A DNA stretch of 64,000 bases. Origin: Deferribacterales bacterium. GTDB lineage: Bacteria; Chrysiogenota; Deferribacteres; Deferribacterales; Geovibrionaceae. Below, piece after piece: positions 37,699 through 49,221 of the stretch (its first letter is position 1; the number at the start of each line of letters is the position of its first letter). The DNA lies in assembly GCA_050253075.1 (NCBI GenBank), contig JBFWJS010000003.1, forward strand, positions 181,458 through 245,457, written 5' to 3'. The notes beneath the pieces are model-generated. The model had not been told where the DNA came from and did no database searches. It worked only from the letters and a program-made list of their open reading frames with translations. Both the position numbers and the translations under genes were made by a program.

Positions 37699-40251
37699 AT
37701 GAATTTAAGAAAACCGGTTTCTGTTCTTCTGCTTTGTGCCGTTGTCGGGGGTGTTTTATACGCTGCCCACGGCTTTTTGAAAGATTATAACGTACATCAG
37801 ATAATATCAGAGCTGAATAACATATCTCTGAAGAAAGAGATATACGCAGTTCTTCTGGCTGCTGCCAGCTATGTTTTTCTTACATTTTACGACTTTCTCG
37901 GGCTTAGATATCTGGGAAAAAAGCTGGCTCCGATGTATGTTATCACCACATCGTTCATCAGCTATGCTTTCAGTAATTCCATCGGTCTTTCAATACTTGC
38001 GTCAGGGTCTCTCCGGTACAGATATTATTCTTACTGGGGGCTCAGCTTCAGCGAGATAACAAAGATAATATTCTTCACTACTGTGACGTTATGGGTGGGC
38101 GTGCTGTCCGTGGGCGGTCTGGCTTTTTGTTTTGGTCCCCATGTAGAGCTCCCCTACGGGATATTTAAATACATAGATACCGGATACATCGGGGTGCTGT
38201 TCATTGGAGTGATTTTCATATACCTCGCTCTCTTAGCATTCAAAAAAGAGCCGGTTGCTTTTTATGACAAAGAATTTGTACTGCCGAAGCTGCGCATGGG
38301 GCTTATGCAGGTATTTGTGGGTGGTGTGGACTGGATACTGGCGGGATCGGTTCTTTATGTTCTGATGCCTGATCAGGTACAGGTTAGCTTCACATCTTTC
38401 ATCGCCATATATCTTATCGCCCAGACAGTGGGGCTGATAAGCCACGTGCCCGGTGGTGCGCTGGTCTTTGAGGGTGTTCTGCTGTCGTTTTTCCCCGCTG
38501 AGTTTGTCCCGCAGATAATAGGCTCCGTACTTGTCTACAGGGTCATCTATTACATCCTGCCTCTGCTGGCGGCAAGCCTTATAATAGGCTTATCAGAGTT
38601 TTACCGTAACAGGAATAAGCTGGATAAGTATTACAGCGCCATCAACAGCATTTATATAAAGGTGATACCTAATCTGCTCTTTCTCATAGTCTTTTTATGC
38701 GGAGCATATATGTTCATGAAGGGGGCTATGCCCATAAACCCTGAGCGTTACCCGATAGTAAGAGAGATATTTCCGTTGCCTCTGGTTGAGTCTTCTCATT
38801 TTATGGAGAGCCTCATCGGGCTTATGCTGGTGATAATATCCCGAGGGCTGAAGATGCGTGTGGATCTGGCATTTCAGATGACTGTCGTCCTTCTGATAGC
38901 GGGTACTGTTTTCGGCATTGCAAAGGGGGCGGAGTACGAGACAGCTATGTTCGCCGTTTCAGTTATTGCCGTTCTTATCCCCGTACGGAAGCTGTTTAAC
39001 AGAAAGAGCTCTTTCTTTACGGACATTATGACAAAGGAATGGTTTGTCAGTATATTTGTAATATTGAGTGTTTTCATATGGATAGGCTTCTTTTCCTATA
39101 AGCATGTGGAATACAGCGACAGCCTGTGGTGGTCATTCACATTCGACGGCAACGCCTCACGTTTCTTACGTGCCATGATGGGCGCATTGGTGCTGGTGCT
39201 GGTGTTTGTCACTTATAAGTTTATGATGCCGTCCAAAAAAGTCCCTCAGGGGATAGACGACATAGCCGTCAGGCTCGATAAGATTATCCCCGATAACAAA
39301 GCATCCTATGCTTATCTGGCATATCTGTCCGATAAGAAATATATATTCAGCGAGTCCCGAGACCTGTTCATCATGTACGGCATATCGGGGCGCAGCTTCA
39401 TATCCATGGGAGACCCTGTGGGGGCAAATGAGAATGCCGACACCGTGGGCGGTCTTATACGCGATTTCCGCAGGACGGCGGTACAGCATGGGTGCAGCTC
39501 TGCCTTTTACGAGATAAGCGCAAAGTATATCCCTCAGTATATAGAATCAGGCTATAAGATATTCAAAATAGGAGAAGAGGCGAGGGTCGACCTCGGAACT
39601 TTCTCCCTGCAGGGCGGGCACTGGAGCGGTACAAGGAACAATATCAAAAAGCTGGAAAAGGGCGGATGTGATGTGCGCATGCTCGAAGGCGAAGAGCTCG
39701 ACGCCATGATGACAGCCCTGAAAGAGATATCAGATCAATGGCTTGAAAATAAAAGCACAAGGGAGAAGAAGTTCTCTCTCGGGCTCTTTGATGAAGCCTA
39801 TCTGAGAAAGACAAAGGTCGCCGCTGTTTTCTGTGAGGGGAAGCCTGTGGCATTTGCAAACCTGTGGCGGACAAACGACAAGAGTGAAATGTCTGTCGAC
39901 CTGATGAGATACAGCAACGATGCCCCTGCGGGCGTGATGGAGTTCCTGTTTGTAAAGCTGATGCTGATCGGGCAGGAAGAGGGCTATAAATACTTTAATC
40001 TGGGTATGGCTCCTCTGTCGGGCATCGACGCAAACCAGTACTCCCCGCTTTGGAATAAAGTAGCGGAAAAGATTTATAAGCACGGAGAGACCTTTTACAA
40101 CTTTAAAGGGCTCCGCAGTTACAAGAGTAAATTCCGCCCTGAATGGGAGCCGAAATATATCGCCGTTCACGGGCTCTTTGCACTGCCTAAAACCATAGCA
40201 AATGTCGCCTCTCTTATCAGCGGCAGTGCTGCTGGTGTATTTATTAAATAA
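37699..40251 (+). CDS. mprF: Bifunctional aminoacyl-phosphatidylglycerol flippase/synthetase MprF
   Basis: N-terminal multi-TM flippase (LRYRYYS, ISHVPGG..VFE); C-terminal synthase (SMGDPVG, KIGEEA, SVDLMRY, FNLGMAPL, FYNFKGLRSYK.KF.PEWEPKY). Confidence 0.93.
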   Translation: MNLRKPVSVLLLCAVVGGVLYAAHGFLKDYNVHQIISELNNISLKKEIYAVLLAAASYVFLTFYDFLGLRYLGKKLAPMYVITTSFISYAFSNSIGLSILASGSLRYRYYSYWGLSFSEITKIIFFTTVTLWVGVLSVGGLAFCFGPHVELPYGIFKYIDTGYIGVLFIGVIFIYLALLAFKKEPVAFYDKEFVLPKLRMGLMQVFVGGVDWILAGSVLYVLMPDQVQVSFTSFIAIYLIAQTVGLISHVPGGALVFEGVLLSFFPAEFVPQIIGSVLVYRVIYYILPLLAASLIIGLSEFYRNRNKLDKYYSAINSIYIKVIPNLLFLIVFLCGAYMFMKGAMPINPERYPIVREIFPLPLVESSHFMESLIGLMLVIISRGLKMRVDLAFQMTVVLLIAGTVFGIAKGAEYETAMFAVSVIAVLIPVRKLFNRKSSFFTDIMTKEWFVSIFVILSVFIWIGFFSYKHVEYSDSLWWSFTFDGNASRFLRAMMGALVLVLVFVTYKFMMPSKKVPQGIDDIAVRLDKIIPDNKASYAYLAYLSDKKYIFSESRDLFIMYGISGRSFISMGDPVGANENADTVGGLIRDFRRTAVQHGCSSAFYEISAKYIPQYIESGYKIFKIGEEARVDLGTFSLQGGHWSGTRNNIKKLEKGGCDVRMLEGEELDAMMTALKEISDQWLENKSTREKKFSLGLFDEAYLRKTKVAAVFCEGKPVAFANLWRTNDKSEMSVDLMRYSNDAPAGVMEFLFVKLMLIGQEEGYKYFNLGMAPLSGIDANQYSPLWNKVAEKIYKHGETFYNFKGLRSYKSKFRPEWEPKYIAVHGLFALPKTIANVASLISGSAAGVFIK

Positions 40252-40358
40252 TTAATGCCTTAATTTAATAAATACTTACAGCATCATATACCGAATACTG
40301 AATATTTCAGGTTCGGTTCTATTTTTCAAAAAATTTACATTAAATTACAAATTTGCCC

Positions 40359-40402
40359 TTGACTTCTAAACCTGAAAGTCACATTGTTGACTCTACAGTC
40401 AA
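40359..40402 (+). promoter_or_regulatory. Promoter with TetR-type palindromic operator
   Basis: -35 TTGACT (40359), 17 nt, -10 CATTGT (40382); palindrome TTGACT-ctac-AGTCAA at 40387-40402; second inverted repeat TGACTT..AAGTCA at 40360-40381. Confidence 0.6.
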
Positions 40403-40434
40403 AAAAATGAACAATTAGATTTTCAGGGGAATTG

Positions 40435-41028
40435 ATGGACATTAAAAGCAAGAAAAAAGAGATGATCAGCAATATGATCAAGCAGAATATTGTAAGCATC
40501 GTGATATCTCTTCTTTCAGAAGGAAAGCCGATAACGATGGACAATGTTGCCGCTGCATGCGGTGTGTCCAAAGGTACGGTTTACAATTATTTCGAAGACA
40601 GGAAGTCTCTGCTGAACCATGTACATAAGGAGATCATCACTCCTATAGTTATGGACAGGGATAATCTGTTTATGAGCGACATCTCTCCGCTGCAGAAACT
40701 GCGCGAATTCATAAAATCATTGAAAGCAACAGCCGACAACACTTCGGTTTATTTCAGATTTATCAAGAATGAACGCACGGTTGCAGAAGAGATGGAAGAT
40801 CATTTCAATCTACTTACTAAACCGCTTGCCAACGTTATAAAAGAAGGGATCGCCAAAGGTGAGCTGATTGAAATGGACCCGTATGTCATGGCAGAGATGC
40901 TTTCAGGCGGATGGATAGGCATATTCCACCTGCAGGATATAAAGCACGAAGACCTGCCAGAGTATCAGGATATAGAGAAGGAATTCAATAATGTATTGGA
41001 TATATTTGTATCAAAAGGAGATAAATGA
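40435..41028 (+). CDS. TetR/AcrR-family regulator
   Basis: ITMDNVAAACGVSKGTVYNYF.D; first gene of the RND operon. Confidence 0.92.
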   Translation: MDIKSKKKEMISNMIKQNIVSIVISLLSEGKPITMDNVAAACGVSKGTVYNYFEDRKSLLNHVHKEIITPIVMDRDNLFMSDISPLQKLREFIKSLKATADNTSVYFRFIKNERTVAEEMEDHFNLLTKPLANVIKEGIAKGELIEMDPYVMAEMLSGGWIGIFHLQDIKHEDLPEYQDIEKEFNNVLDIFVSKGDK

Positions 41029-41031
41029 TTT

Positions 41032-42174
41032 ATGAGAAACATGATATTATTGGCAGTAGCAATAATAATTGTAGCCGGAGCAGGATACTTCTATCTGCAC
41101 GGTAAAGGGGGGAGCGGTAATGCTGCTCAGCAGGGCGGTGGAATGCCTCCCACTGCAGTCGACGTATATGTCGTTAACGAAGGCGACATAGATCTCACCA
41201 ACGAACTGTCTGGAAGAACTTCGGCATTCAGAATTTCTGAAATACGACCGCAGGTCAGCGGGATCATTAAGAAAAGATTTTTTACTGAAGGGGGCCTCGT
41301 GAATAAAGGCGAGCAGCTCTATCAGATAGACCCAAGTACATATGAGGCTGCACTCGAGAGCGCAAAAGCGTCTCTTCTGCAGGCGGAAGCTACTGTTATG
41401 TCTACGAAACCAAGAGCAGAAAGATATGCTGAGCTTGTGAAAGTGGGCGGTATCAGTCAGCAGGAATACGACGATGCCGCAGCAGCACTTAAGCAGGCTG
41501 AAGCATCAGTGGCGGCTGCACAGGCAGCAGTGAAAACAGCGTATATCAACCTCGAATACACTAAGGTGCTTGCTCCTATATCAGGACGCATAGGCAAATC
41601 AAGCGTGACAGAGGGTGCTCTGGTAACTGCTAATCAGGCTACGGCTCTGGCGACAGTTCAGCAGCTTGATAAGATATATGTAGATGTACAGCAGTCCAGT
41701 CAGGAGGCGAGAAAGCTTAGAAAAGGGGTAGCTTCTGAGTCTGCACCTGCCGCAGTGACACTGTTTGTCGAAAATGAGAAAGAGCCCTATGCCTATACCG
41801 GCGAGTTTCAGTTCACAGACGTGAGCGTGGACGAGACCACAGGCATGGTAAACCTCAGGATACTCTTCCCTAACCCTGAAGAGGAGCTCCTTCCGGGGCT
41901 TTTCGTAAAGGCGAAGGTGTCTGAAGAAGTTGCTAAGAATGTGATCCTCGTATCCCAGAGATCCGTAATGAGAAGTCAGGACGGCAGTGTGGTCGTTTGG
42001 ACAATAGATGCGGAGAATAAGGTCGGGGTAAGACCTATCGAAACACTCAAAGCCCTTGGCAATAAGTGGATCGTTACGGCAGGTCTGAAAGACGGCGACA
42101 GGGTTCTTCTTAACGGATTTCAGAAAACAGGCCCAGGAGCAGTGGTTGCTCCGACAGTCGTAACAGCGTATTAA
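41032..42174 (+). CDS. acrA: RND efflux periplasmic adaptor (AcrA/MexA-like)
   Basis: EIRPQVSGII.KR.F.EG, APISGRIGKS.VTEGALV, VDETTG.V.LR..FPNP..LLPG. Confidence 0.9.
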   Translation: MRNMILLAVAIIIVAGAGYFYLHGKGGSGNAAQQGGGMPPTAVDVYVVNEGDIDLTNELSGRTSAFRISEIRPQVSGIIKKRFFTEGGLVNKGEQLYQIDPSTYEAALESAKASLLQAEATVMSTKPRAERYAELVKVGGISQQEYDDAAAALKQAEASVAAAQAAVKTAYINLEYTKVLAPISGRIGKSSVTEGALVTANQATALATVQQLDKIYVDVQQSSQEARKLRKGVASESAPAAVTLFVENEKEPYAYTGEFQFTDVSVDETTGMVNLRILFPNPEEELLPGLFVKAKVSEEVAKNVILVSQRSVMRSQDGSVVVWTIDAENKVGVRPIETLKALGNKWIVTAGLKDGDRVLLNGFQKTGPGAVVAPTVVTAY

Positions 42175-42195
42175 TTGAAACAGGATATTTAGAAT

Positions 42196-45100
42196 ATGGC
42201 TAGATTTTTTATAGATAGACCCGTTTTCTCATGGGTTATCGCCATTATAATCATGCTCGCCGGTGTGTTTGCTATCAAGACACTGCCTGTCGAGCAGTAC
42301 CCAAGGATCGCTCCGCCCAGTATCGTCATAAACGCATCATACCCTGGTGCATCTGCCGAAACACTGGAAAACAGCGTTACACAGGTTATCGAGCAGAGTC
42401 TCACCGGTATCGATAATATGAGATACTTTACATCTTCAAGTGACTCTACGGGTAACATGCAGATCACTGTTACATTCGAGCAGGAGGCAGACCCTGACAT
42501 CGCACAGGTTCAGGTACAGAACAAAGTGCAGAAGGTCATCTCGTCTCTACCTCAGGATGTCCAGCAGGAAGGCGTAACGGTAAACAAATCATCGAACAGC
42601 TTCCTTCTCATCGTCGGTCTTTATTCCGAAGACGGCAGCATGGGAGAGAACGACATCAGTGACTACATCAACAGTAAGATGGTAGACCCTATCAGCCGTC
42701 TTTCAGGTGTGGGTGATGTTACTGTTTTCGGTAATGAGTATGCTATGCGTATATGGCTCGATTCTGAAAAGATGGAGAGCTATAAGCTGACACCGGCGGA
42801 TATTTCTGCTGTCGTATCAGCTCAGAACGTTGACATACCCGCAGGACAGCTCGGCGGTGCTCCCGCTGTGGAAGGACAGCAGCTCAACGCAACAGTAACG
42901 GCGCAGACAATGCTCCGCTCCGTGGAAGAGTTTGAGAACATACTGGTCAGAGTGAATACTGACGGTTCCAAGCTGTTTCTGAAAGATGTGGCAAGGATCG
43001 AACTGGGTGCTGAAAGTTATGGCTTTAAACCCAGATATAACGGTCAGACTGCTTCCGGTGTTGCGGTCAGTCTTGCATCCGGAGCAAATGCTCTTAAAAC
43101 TGCAAACCTTGTAAAAGAAAGGGTCGAGGAACTTTCTAAATACATGCCTGCAGGTCTTAAATATATGTTCCCTTACGACACGACACCGTTCGTAAAGATA
43201 TCCATCGAAGAAGTTGTTAAGACGCTTCTCGAGGCTGTCGTGCTCGTATTCCTCGTTATGTTTCTCTTCCTTCAGAACTTCAGGGCGACGCTTATCCCGA
43301 CGATCGCTGTGCCTGTTGTACTTCTCGGTACATTCGGCGTACTTTCGGCTTTCGGTTTCAGCATCAACACCCTGACGATGTTTGCTATGGTTCTTGCCAT
43401 CGGTCTCCTTGTGGACGACGCAATTGTTGTCGTGGAGAACGTGGAGAGACTTATGAGTGAAGAGGGGCTTTCACCTAAGGAAGCCACAAGAAAATCTATG
43501 GATCAGATCACAAGTGCTCTTATAGGTATAGCTCTTGTACTGTCAGCGGTTTTCGTTCCTATGGCTTTCTTCTCGGGCTCTACGGGTGTTATATACCGTC
43601 AGTTCTCGATAACCATTGTTTCTGCGATGGCTCTGTCGGTGCTGGTGGCTATCATCCTTACGCCTGCGCTTTGCTCTACTATACTTAAACCTGTTAAAAA
43701 GGGACACGGTGAGATCAAGAAGGGATTCTTCGGATGGTTTAACCGTATGTTCAATGCCAGCAGGGGACTTTATAAAGACAGTGTCGGATATGTCGCTGCC
43801 AGAGTGTTCCGTTTCCTCGTTCTTTACGGTCTGATCGTGGCGGGCATGGCTTTCATGTTCACAAAGATTCCTACATCATTCCTGCCGGACGAAGACCAGG
43901 GTATCATGATGCTCATGCTGAACTCTCCTGCGGGATCGACACTGGAGAGAACCAGACAGAACATGGAAGATGTAGAGAAATACTTCCACGAGAATGAGAA
44001 AGAAAACATCGTGAGTATATTCACCGTTACAGGTTTCAGCTTTGCCGGGCGTGGACAAAACACAGGTCTCGGATTCGTGAAGCTGAAGCACTGGGACGAA
44101 AGAACCAGACCTGATCAGAGTGTTCAGGCTATCGCAGCTAGAGCAAATCAGAGACTCTGGGGGATGAAGGATGCTATGACATTCGCATTCTACCCGCCGG
44201 CTATCGTTGAGCTAGGCAGATCTTCAGGTTTCAACCTTCAGGTGCTCGACAGAGGCGGTATCGGACACGAAGAGCTGGTAAAAGCCAGAAATATGGTACT
44301 GAACGAAGCCAGAAAGAATCCTAAGCTGACATCCGTCCGTTTCAACGGTCTGGAAGACGTGCCTCAGTATCAGCTGGATATAGATACTGAAAAGGCTAAG
44401 TCGCTCGGTGTATCTATTTCTGATGTCCGCTCGACACTTAGTGCCGCTTGGGGATCTCAGTATATCAACGACTTCGTATATGACGGACGTATCAAAAAAG
44501 TATATATGCAGGCTGACGCTCCTTCTAGGATGCTGCCTGAGGATACAAAGAAATGGTATGTGAAAAACAGTGACGGCGAGATGGTCTCTTTCGGAACATT
44601 TACAAGCGGTTACTGGAAATACGGTCCTCCTCAGCTCGCCCGTTTCAACGGTAACTCCTCTATGGAGATACAGGGTGCACCTATGATGGGTGTTTCCTCC
44701 GGTGAGGCTATGGGCATTATGGAAGACATAGTGAGAAACCTGCCTATCAGCGGTGTAGACTTTGCATGGTCCGGTATTTCATATGAGGAAAAGGCAGCAG
44801 GCTCGCAGACAATGCTTCTGTACGGTCTGTCGCTCCTTATAGTATTCCTTTGCCTTGCGGCGCTGTATGAGAGCTGGTCTATTCCGTTTGCGGTCATACT
44901 TATCGTTCCCCTCGGTATCGTGGGTGCGGTATCCGCCACACTGCTTGCTAAGATGTCTAACGACGTTTACTTCCAGGTGGGGCTTCTTACGACGATCGGT
45001 CTGGCATCCAAGAACGCCATCCTTATCGTTGAATTTGCGAAGTCGCTTTACGAAGATGGTCATTCCCTTCTGGAATCAGCCACAGAAGCTGCCAAGCTGA

Positions 45101-45345
45101 GACTTAGACCCATTATTATGACATCGCTGGCGTTCATCCTAGGTGTTACACCGCTTGCGATCTCATCCGGTGCAGGTTCTGCCAGCCAGAACGCCATCGG
45201 TATAGGTGTTATCGGCGGTATGCTCACGGCAACATTCCTTGCTATTCTTTTCGTTCCGATGTTCTTCATCGTTATAGAGAAGGCATTCGGAAGCAAAGCA
45301 AGGGAGGATGTTAAGCAAAATGCGGAGGTTGGCCATGCTGAGTAA
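42196..45345 (+). CDS. acrB: HAE1 RND efflux permease (AcrB/MexB-like)
   Basis: [56 protein letters not shown]; 1049 aa. Confidence 0.95.
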   Translation: MARFFIDRPVFSWVIAIIIMLAGVFAIKTLPVEQYPRIAPPSIVINASYPGASAETLENSVTQVIEQSLTGIDNMRYFTSSSDSTGNMQITVTFEQEADPDIAQVQVQNKVQKVISSLPQDVQQEGVTVNKSSNSFLLIVGLYSEDGSMGENDISDYINSKMVDPISRLSGVGDVTVFGNEYAMRIWLDSEKMESYKLTPADISAVVSAQNVDIPAGQLGGAPAVEGQQLNATVTAQTMLRSVEEFENILVRVNTDGSKLFLKDVARIELGAESYGFKPRYNGQTASGVAVSLASGANALKTANLVKERVEELSKYMPAGLKYMFPYDTTPFVKISIEEVVKTLLEAVVLVFLVMFLFLQNFRATLIPTIAVPVVLLGTFGVLSAFGFSINTLTMFAMVLAIGLLVDDAIVVVENVERLMSEEGLSPKEATRKSMDQITSALIGIALVLSAVFVPMAFFSGSTGVIYRQFSITIVSAMALSVLVAIILTPALCSTILKPVKKGHGEIKKGFFGWFNRMFNASRGLYKDSVGYVAARVFRFLVLYGLIVAGMAFMFTKIPTSFLPDEDQGIMMLMLNSPAGSTLERTRQNMEDVEKYFHENEKENIVSIFTVTGFSFAGRGQNTGLGFVKLKHWDERTRPDQSVQAIAARANQRLWGMKDAMTFAFYPPAIVELGRSSGFNLQVLDRGGIGHEELVKARNMVLNEARKNPKLTSVRFNGLEDVPQYQLDIDTEKAKSLGVSISDVRSTLSAAWGSQYINDFVYDGRIKKVYMQADAPSRMLPEDTKKWYVKNSDGEMVSFGTFTSGYWKYGPPQLARFNGNSSMEIQGAPMMGVSSGEAMGIMEDIVRNLPISGVDFAWSGISYEEKAAGSQTMLLYGLSLLIVFLCLAALYESWSIPFAVILIVPLGIVGAVSATLLAKMSNDVYFQVGLLTTIGLASKNAILIVEFAKSLYEDGHSLLESATEAAKLRLRPIIMTSLAFILGVTPLAISSGAGSASQNAIGIGVIGGMLTATFLAILFVPMFFIVIEKAFGSKAREDVKQNAEVGHAE

Positions 45346-46744
45346 GATATTAACAGCGGCGATACTTTGTGTGTCTATGGCTGGGTGTTCCATGATGCCT
45401 AAATATTCCAGCCCTGATATCTCTCTGGATAAGAGCTGGTCAAAAGACGGCAGGTACGCCCTCTATGATGAAAAGGGAAATGCTGCGGATATCTCGTGGA
45501 ACGAGTATTTCAAATCTGAGACCCTGAAACAGATAATCGCAAAAACACTTAAAAGCAACTATGACATACGTCTGTCTGTGCTGAACATTGAGGCAGCCAG
45601 AGCAGCGTATAGAATACAAAGATCGGAACTACTGCCGACGGTCAATGCGGGAGCGTCAGCGGCAAGGACAAGCACACCTGCCGATATAAGCGCAACAGGG
45701 CAGTCAGTTACCGCTTCGACATTTTCAGCTAACGTCGGAGTCACAGCATACGAGCTGGACTTCTTCGGTAGAGTGAGAAGCCTTAATCAGAAAGCGCTTG
45801 AGAATTTCTTTGCTACAGAAGAGTCAAAAATCAGTACACAATTAGCCCTCATAGCTGAGGCTGCTAATGTTTATCTAACCTATCTGTCAGACAAAGAAAT
45901 GCTCAGGCTTTCTGAGGAAAACCTCGAATCATACACAAAGACATACGAGGTTGTTAAGAGATCGTTTGAGCTCGGAAACGCTACACAGCTAGCTGTGTAT
46001 CAGTCAGAATCAGCATATCAAGGGGCGAAAGCCAGCATAGCACAATACAAACGTGCGATAGTGCAGGACATAAACGCCCTTAATCTGCTGGCAGGCGGCT
46101 CTGTGGAAGAGATACTCGAAGGGAGTACAGACACCATAGAGACTGTTCAGTTCATGAAGCAGCTCCCTGAAGGCGTGCCTTCGACAGTCCTGCTGAAAAG
46201 ACCTGATATCAGAATGGCTGAACACAGACTGAAAGCATCAAATGCAGACATAGGTGCTGCAAGGGCTGCGCTTTACCCAAGCATCAGCCTGACAGGTTCT
46301 TTCGGCTTTGCCAGTACAGAGCTGGAGAACATCTTCGACGACGGCGCGAGATACGCATGGAACTTTTCTCCTTCTATCAGCATCCCTATATTCAACAGGG
46401 GCGCACTGAAGGCCAGTCTGGAAACAGCAGAAGTTCAGGAAAAGATAGCTGCGACAGAATATGAGCAGGCTGTTCAGACAGCTTTCAGAGAAGTCGCAGA
46501 TCAGCTCGCAGCCAGAAGCACTTACAAACAGCAGCTCGATGCACAGGAAGCTGTGCTGAACAGCGCACAGAAGTCTTATGACCTCTCACTGAACCTGTAT
46601 AACGCAGGCGCAAACGACTACCTCTCCGTGCTGGATGCACAGAGGTCGCTCGTTTCTGCTCAGCAGGGCGTTGTCTCTGTTAAGCAGGCTTACAAGGCTA
46701 ATCTTGTCACACTGTACAAAGTACTTGGCGGTGGACAGATATAG
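45335..46744 (+). CDS. Outer-membrane efflux lipoprotein (OprM/NodT family)
   Basis: Lipobox [55 protein letters not shown] favours ATG 45335. Confidence 0.93.
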   Translation: MLSKILTAAILCVSMAGCSMMPKYSSPDISLDKSWSKDGRYALYDEKGNAADISWNEYFKSETLKQIIAKTLKSNYDIRLSVLNIEAARAAYRIQRSELLPTVNAGASAARTSTPADISATGQSVTASTFSANVGVTAYELDFFGRVRSLNQKALENFFATEESKISTQLALIAEAANVYLTYLSDKEMLRLSEENLESYTKTYEVVKRSFELGNATQLAVYQSESAYQGAKASIAQYKRAIVQDINALNLLAGGSVEEILEGSTDTIETVQFMKQLPEGVPSTVLLKRPDIRMAEHRLKASNADIGAARAALYPSISLTGSFGFASTELENIFDDGARYAWNFSPSISIPIFNRGALKASLETAEVQEKIAATEYEQAVQTAFREVADQLAARSTYKQQLDAQEAVLNSAQKSYDLSLNLYNAGANDYLSVLDAQRSLVSAQQGVVSVKQAYKANLVTLYKVLGGGQI

Positions 46745-46794
46745 ACGAAGGGCTCTGATGAGCCTTTCTGGTTCCACTAACAACTCCACTATCG

Positions 46795-46828
46795 GAAAAG
46801 GCCGGACATTTGTCCGGTCTTTTCATTT
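46795..46828 (+). terminator. Intrinsic terminator of the RND operon
   Basis: GAAAAGGCCGGACA / TGTCCGGTCTTTTC stem followed by ATTT. Confidence 0.7.
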
Positions 46829-47030
46829 CTACACATTTTTTATCCTAAAAATATCTTAATCGGCTTTAATAATATGTTCATTCTGTTAATTTAAAATTTC
46901 ATATCCGTTATCCATTAAGGGCTTAGTGATTACATGTGTTTATAATAGCGAACATGGAGAATTTTTGTGTTAGTATTATATTTATACTATGTGTGGTGTT
47001 TAATTTATTTGTGTTGACGTAAGGTGTATT

Positions 47031-49073
47031 ATGAAAAATGAAATTGCTAAACAAAAGATGCGTCTTAAAAATGCATCAATAGGCATGGCATTCCTTATGC
47101 TCCTGATACCTGTCACAGCGGCTATCTTAGCCACATTCAGCTTTGTGTATTATAAGAACATAGAGACTGACCTTATCCTTATGAAGAGGAACGAGTATCA
47201 GATAATCCAGAAACAGCAGTCGCTGATCCTTAAAACACTGCAGAATGTCGTCGGGGACCTTATGGTGGCGGCGTCGCATCATGAGATACGCCACATGTTT
47301 GAAAATGACGATAGCGCGTATTCTAACACATCAGCGGAATTCTCCGAGCTTGTCAAATACAAGAAGAAATACGATCAGGTGCGTTATATAAACGAGGACG
47401 GCGAAGAAAAGGTTCGTGTCAATTACACCGGCGGTAATGCCATAGTCGTGCCTAAAAGTGAATTGCAGAATAAAGCCGAAAGGTATTATTTCAAAGACAC
47501 TATCGTACTGAAAAGGGGGGAGGTTTTCATGTCGCCCCTTGATCTGAACATAGAGAACGGTCAGGTAGAGATGCCGTATAAACCTATGATAAGGTTCGCC
47601 ACGCCCGTATTCGACAAAGACAGTTATAAGCGAGGGATAATCATCATCAATTATCTCGGGCAGATAATGATAGACGACCTTATAAGACTTTCTGAGACCA
47701 CATACGGCTCTATACTGATGATAAATCAGAATGGCGATTGGATAAAAGGCCCAACAGAAGACAGCGACTGGAGCTTTATGTTCCCGGATAAGAATCTGGC
47801 GACATTCGGCGAAGAACATATGAGCGCATGGGAGGAGATATCCGAAAGCGACAGAGGACAGCTTGTCGTGAATGACAACATATTCACATTTGACACTGTT
47901 TATCCTCTGGAGATAGGCGTGAAGGCGACAAAAGGCGCATCCACGCCATACGGAGACAGCAAAGGATTTGTAAACGAGCATGATTTCAGCTGGAAACTGG
48001 TGTCATATATACCGAGCACCGTGGTCTCGCAGATGCGCATGGGTAACCTTATAAAGCTGTCACCTTTCCTCATTCTTACGTTTATTATCGTGGTTTTCGG
48101 GTGCTATATGCTCGCAAGGAACATAGTGAAACGCAGGATAATCTCTGATGAACTGGTGAAGACCAATATAAAGCTCGAAGAGCGTGTAAGAGAACGTACA
48201 GAAGAGCTGAGCAGGCTGAATAAAGGTCTGGAGATAAAGGTAAAGGAAGAGACGGAGAAGAGGATGTATAACGAGAATCTTCTCAGTCAGCAGACCAGAT
48301 TTATACAGATAGGCCAGATGTTTACCGCTATAGCGCACCACTGGCGGCAGCCGCTTAATGTCATAGGGCTGCGCATACAGGACGTTTCCGATGCGTACGA
48401 AGAGGGCTCAATGGATGCTGAATATATCGAAGAGCTCATAGACTTCAGCATGGCACAGATAAAGAATCTGTCGTATTCCATAGACAATTTCCGCACGTAT
48501 TTCAGCACTGACGACGACCCTGTGGAGTATGAGATGATAAATGTCGTGAGAGACACTATCAGACTGCTGGAAGGACAGTTTAAGAGCTGCGGTATAGGCT
48601 TTTCTTTCCACGGCGACTGCGGTGATTCATCCTGCAGCGCAAAATCATCAGATGAGATGGTCTGTAAAACCGGCGGAACAAAGATGTATGGACACCCGCA
48701 GTTTATGAAGCAGGTGCTGATGAACATTTTAGTTAATTCATATGATGCCATACTGGCCAAACGTGCCAAAGATCCGAACAACCGCAGTAAGATATCTCTC
48801 ACGGCCGAGGTTGTCGAGGACAATATAAAGATAACCGTATCAGACACCGGAGGCGGTGTCCCCGTCGAGGTGATGGAGAAGATATTCGACCCTTACTTCA
48901 CCACAAAGGAAGAGGGGAAAGGTACCGGTATGGGGCTGTACATGGCCAAAGTGATAGTGGAAAAGAACATGCAGGGGAAGCTGCGTGTGAATAACTCCCT
49001 CGAAGGGGCAGAGTTTACAATCGTCACTCCGCTGAGATACGATCAAGGCGATATGAGCAGTATTTCAGAATAA
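47031..49073 (+). CDS. Orphan sensor histidine kinase with periplasmic Cache-type domain
   Basis: Two TMs; YDQVRYI...G.E.VRVN, SPLDLNIE.G..E.PYKPMIRFATPV; H-box AIAHHWRQPLN; DTGGG, FTTK..GKGTGMGLY. Confidence 0.9.
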   Translation: MKNEIAKQKMRLKNASIGMAFLMLLIPVTAAILATFSFVYYKNIETDLILMKRNEYQIIQKQQSLILKTLQNVVGDLMVAASHHEIRHMFENDDSAYSNTSAEFSELVKYKKKYDQVRYINEDGEEKVRVNYTGGNAIVVPKSELQNKAERYYFKDTIVLKRGEVFMSPLDLNIENGQVEMPYKPMIRFATPVFDKDSYKRGIIIINYLGQIMIDDLIRLSETTYGSILMINQNGDWIKGPTEDSDWSFMFPDKNLATFGEEHMSAWEEISESDRGQLVVNDNIFTFDTVYPLEIGVKATKGASTPYGDSKGFVNEHDFSWKLVSYIPSTVVSQMRMGNLIKLSPFLILTFIIVVFGCYMLARNIVKRRIISDELVKTNIKLEERVRERTEELSRLNKGLEIKVKEETEKRMYNENLLSQQTRFIQIGQMFTAIAHHWRQPLNVIGLRIQDVSDAYEEGSMDAEYIEELIDFSMAQIKNLSYSIDNFRTYFSTDDDPVEYEMINVVRDTIRLLEGQFKSCGIGFSFHGDCGDSSCSAKSSDEMVCKTGGTKMYGHPQFMKQVLMNILVNSYDAILAKRAKDPNNRSKISLTAEVVEDNIKITVSDTGGGVPVEVMEKIFDPYFTTKEEGKGTGMGLYMAKVIVEKNMQGKLRVNNSLEGAEFTIVTPLRYDQGDMSSISE

Positions 49074-49221
49074 ATCCTAAATAATACTCACGTGGCACCT
49101 ATCCGAACGGATAGGTGTCCTGCTTGTAAATGTCAATTATTTCGTTATTTATCCATTCCTTTGATTGCCTGAGATTCTTCGCAAGACTAAGATTTAGTAA
49201 ACACGCATATAGAGGAATTTC

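Noticed and set aside
46748..46805. CTGATGAG suggesting a hammerhead ribozyme core
   Set aside because: No GAAA follows the putative stem II; it is better explained as a small hairpin plus terminator.
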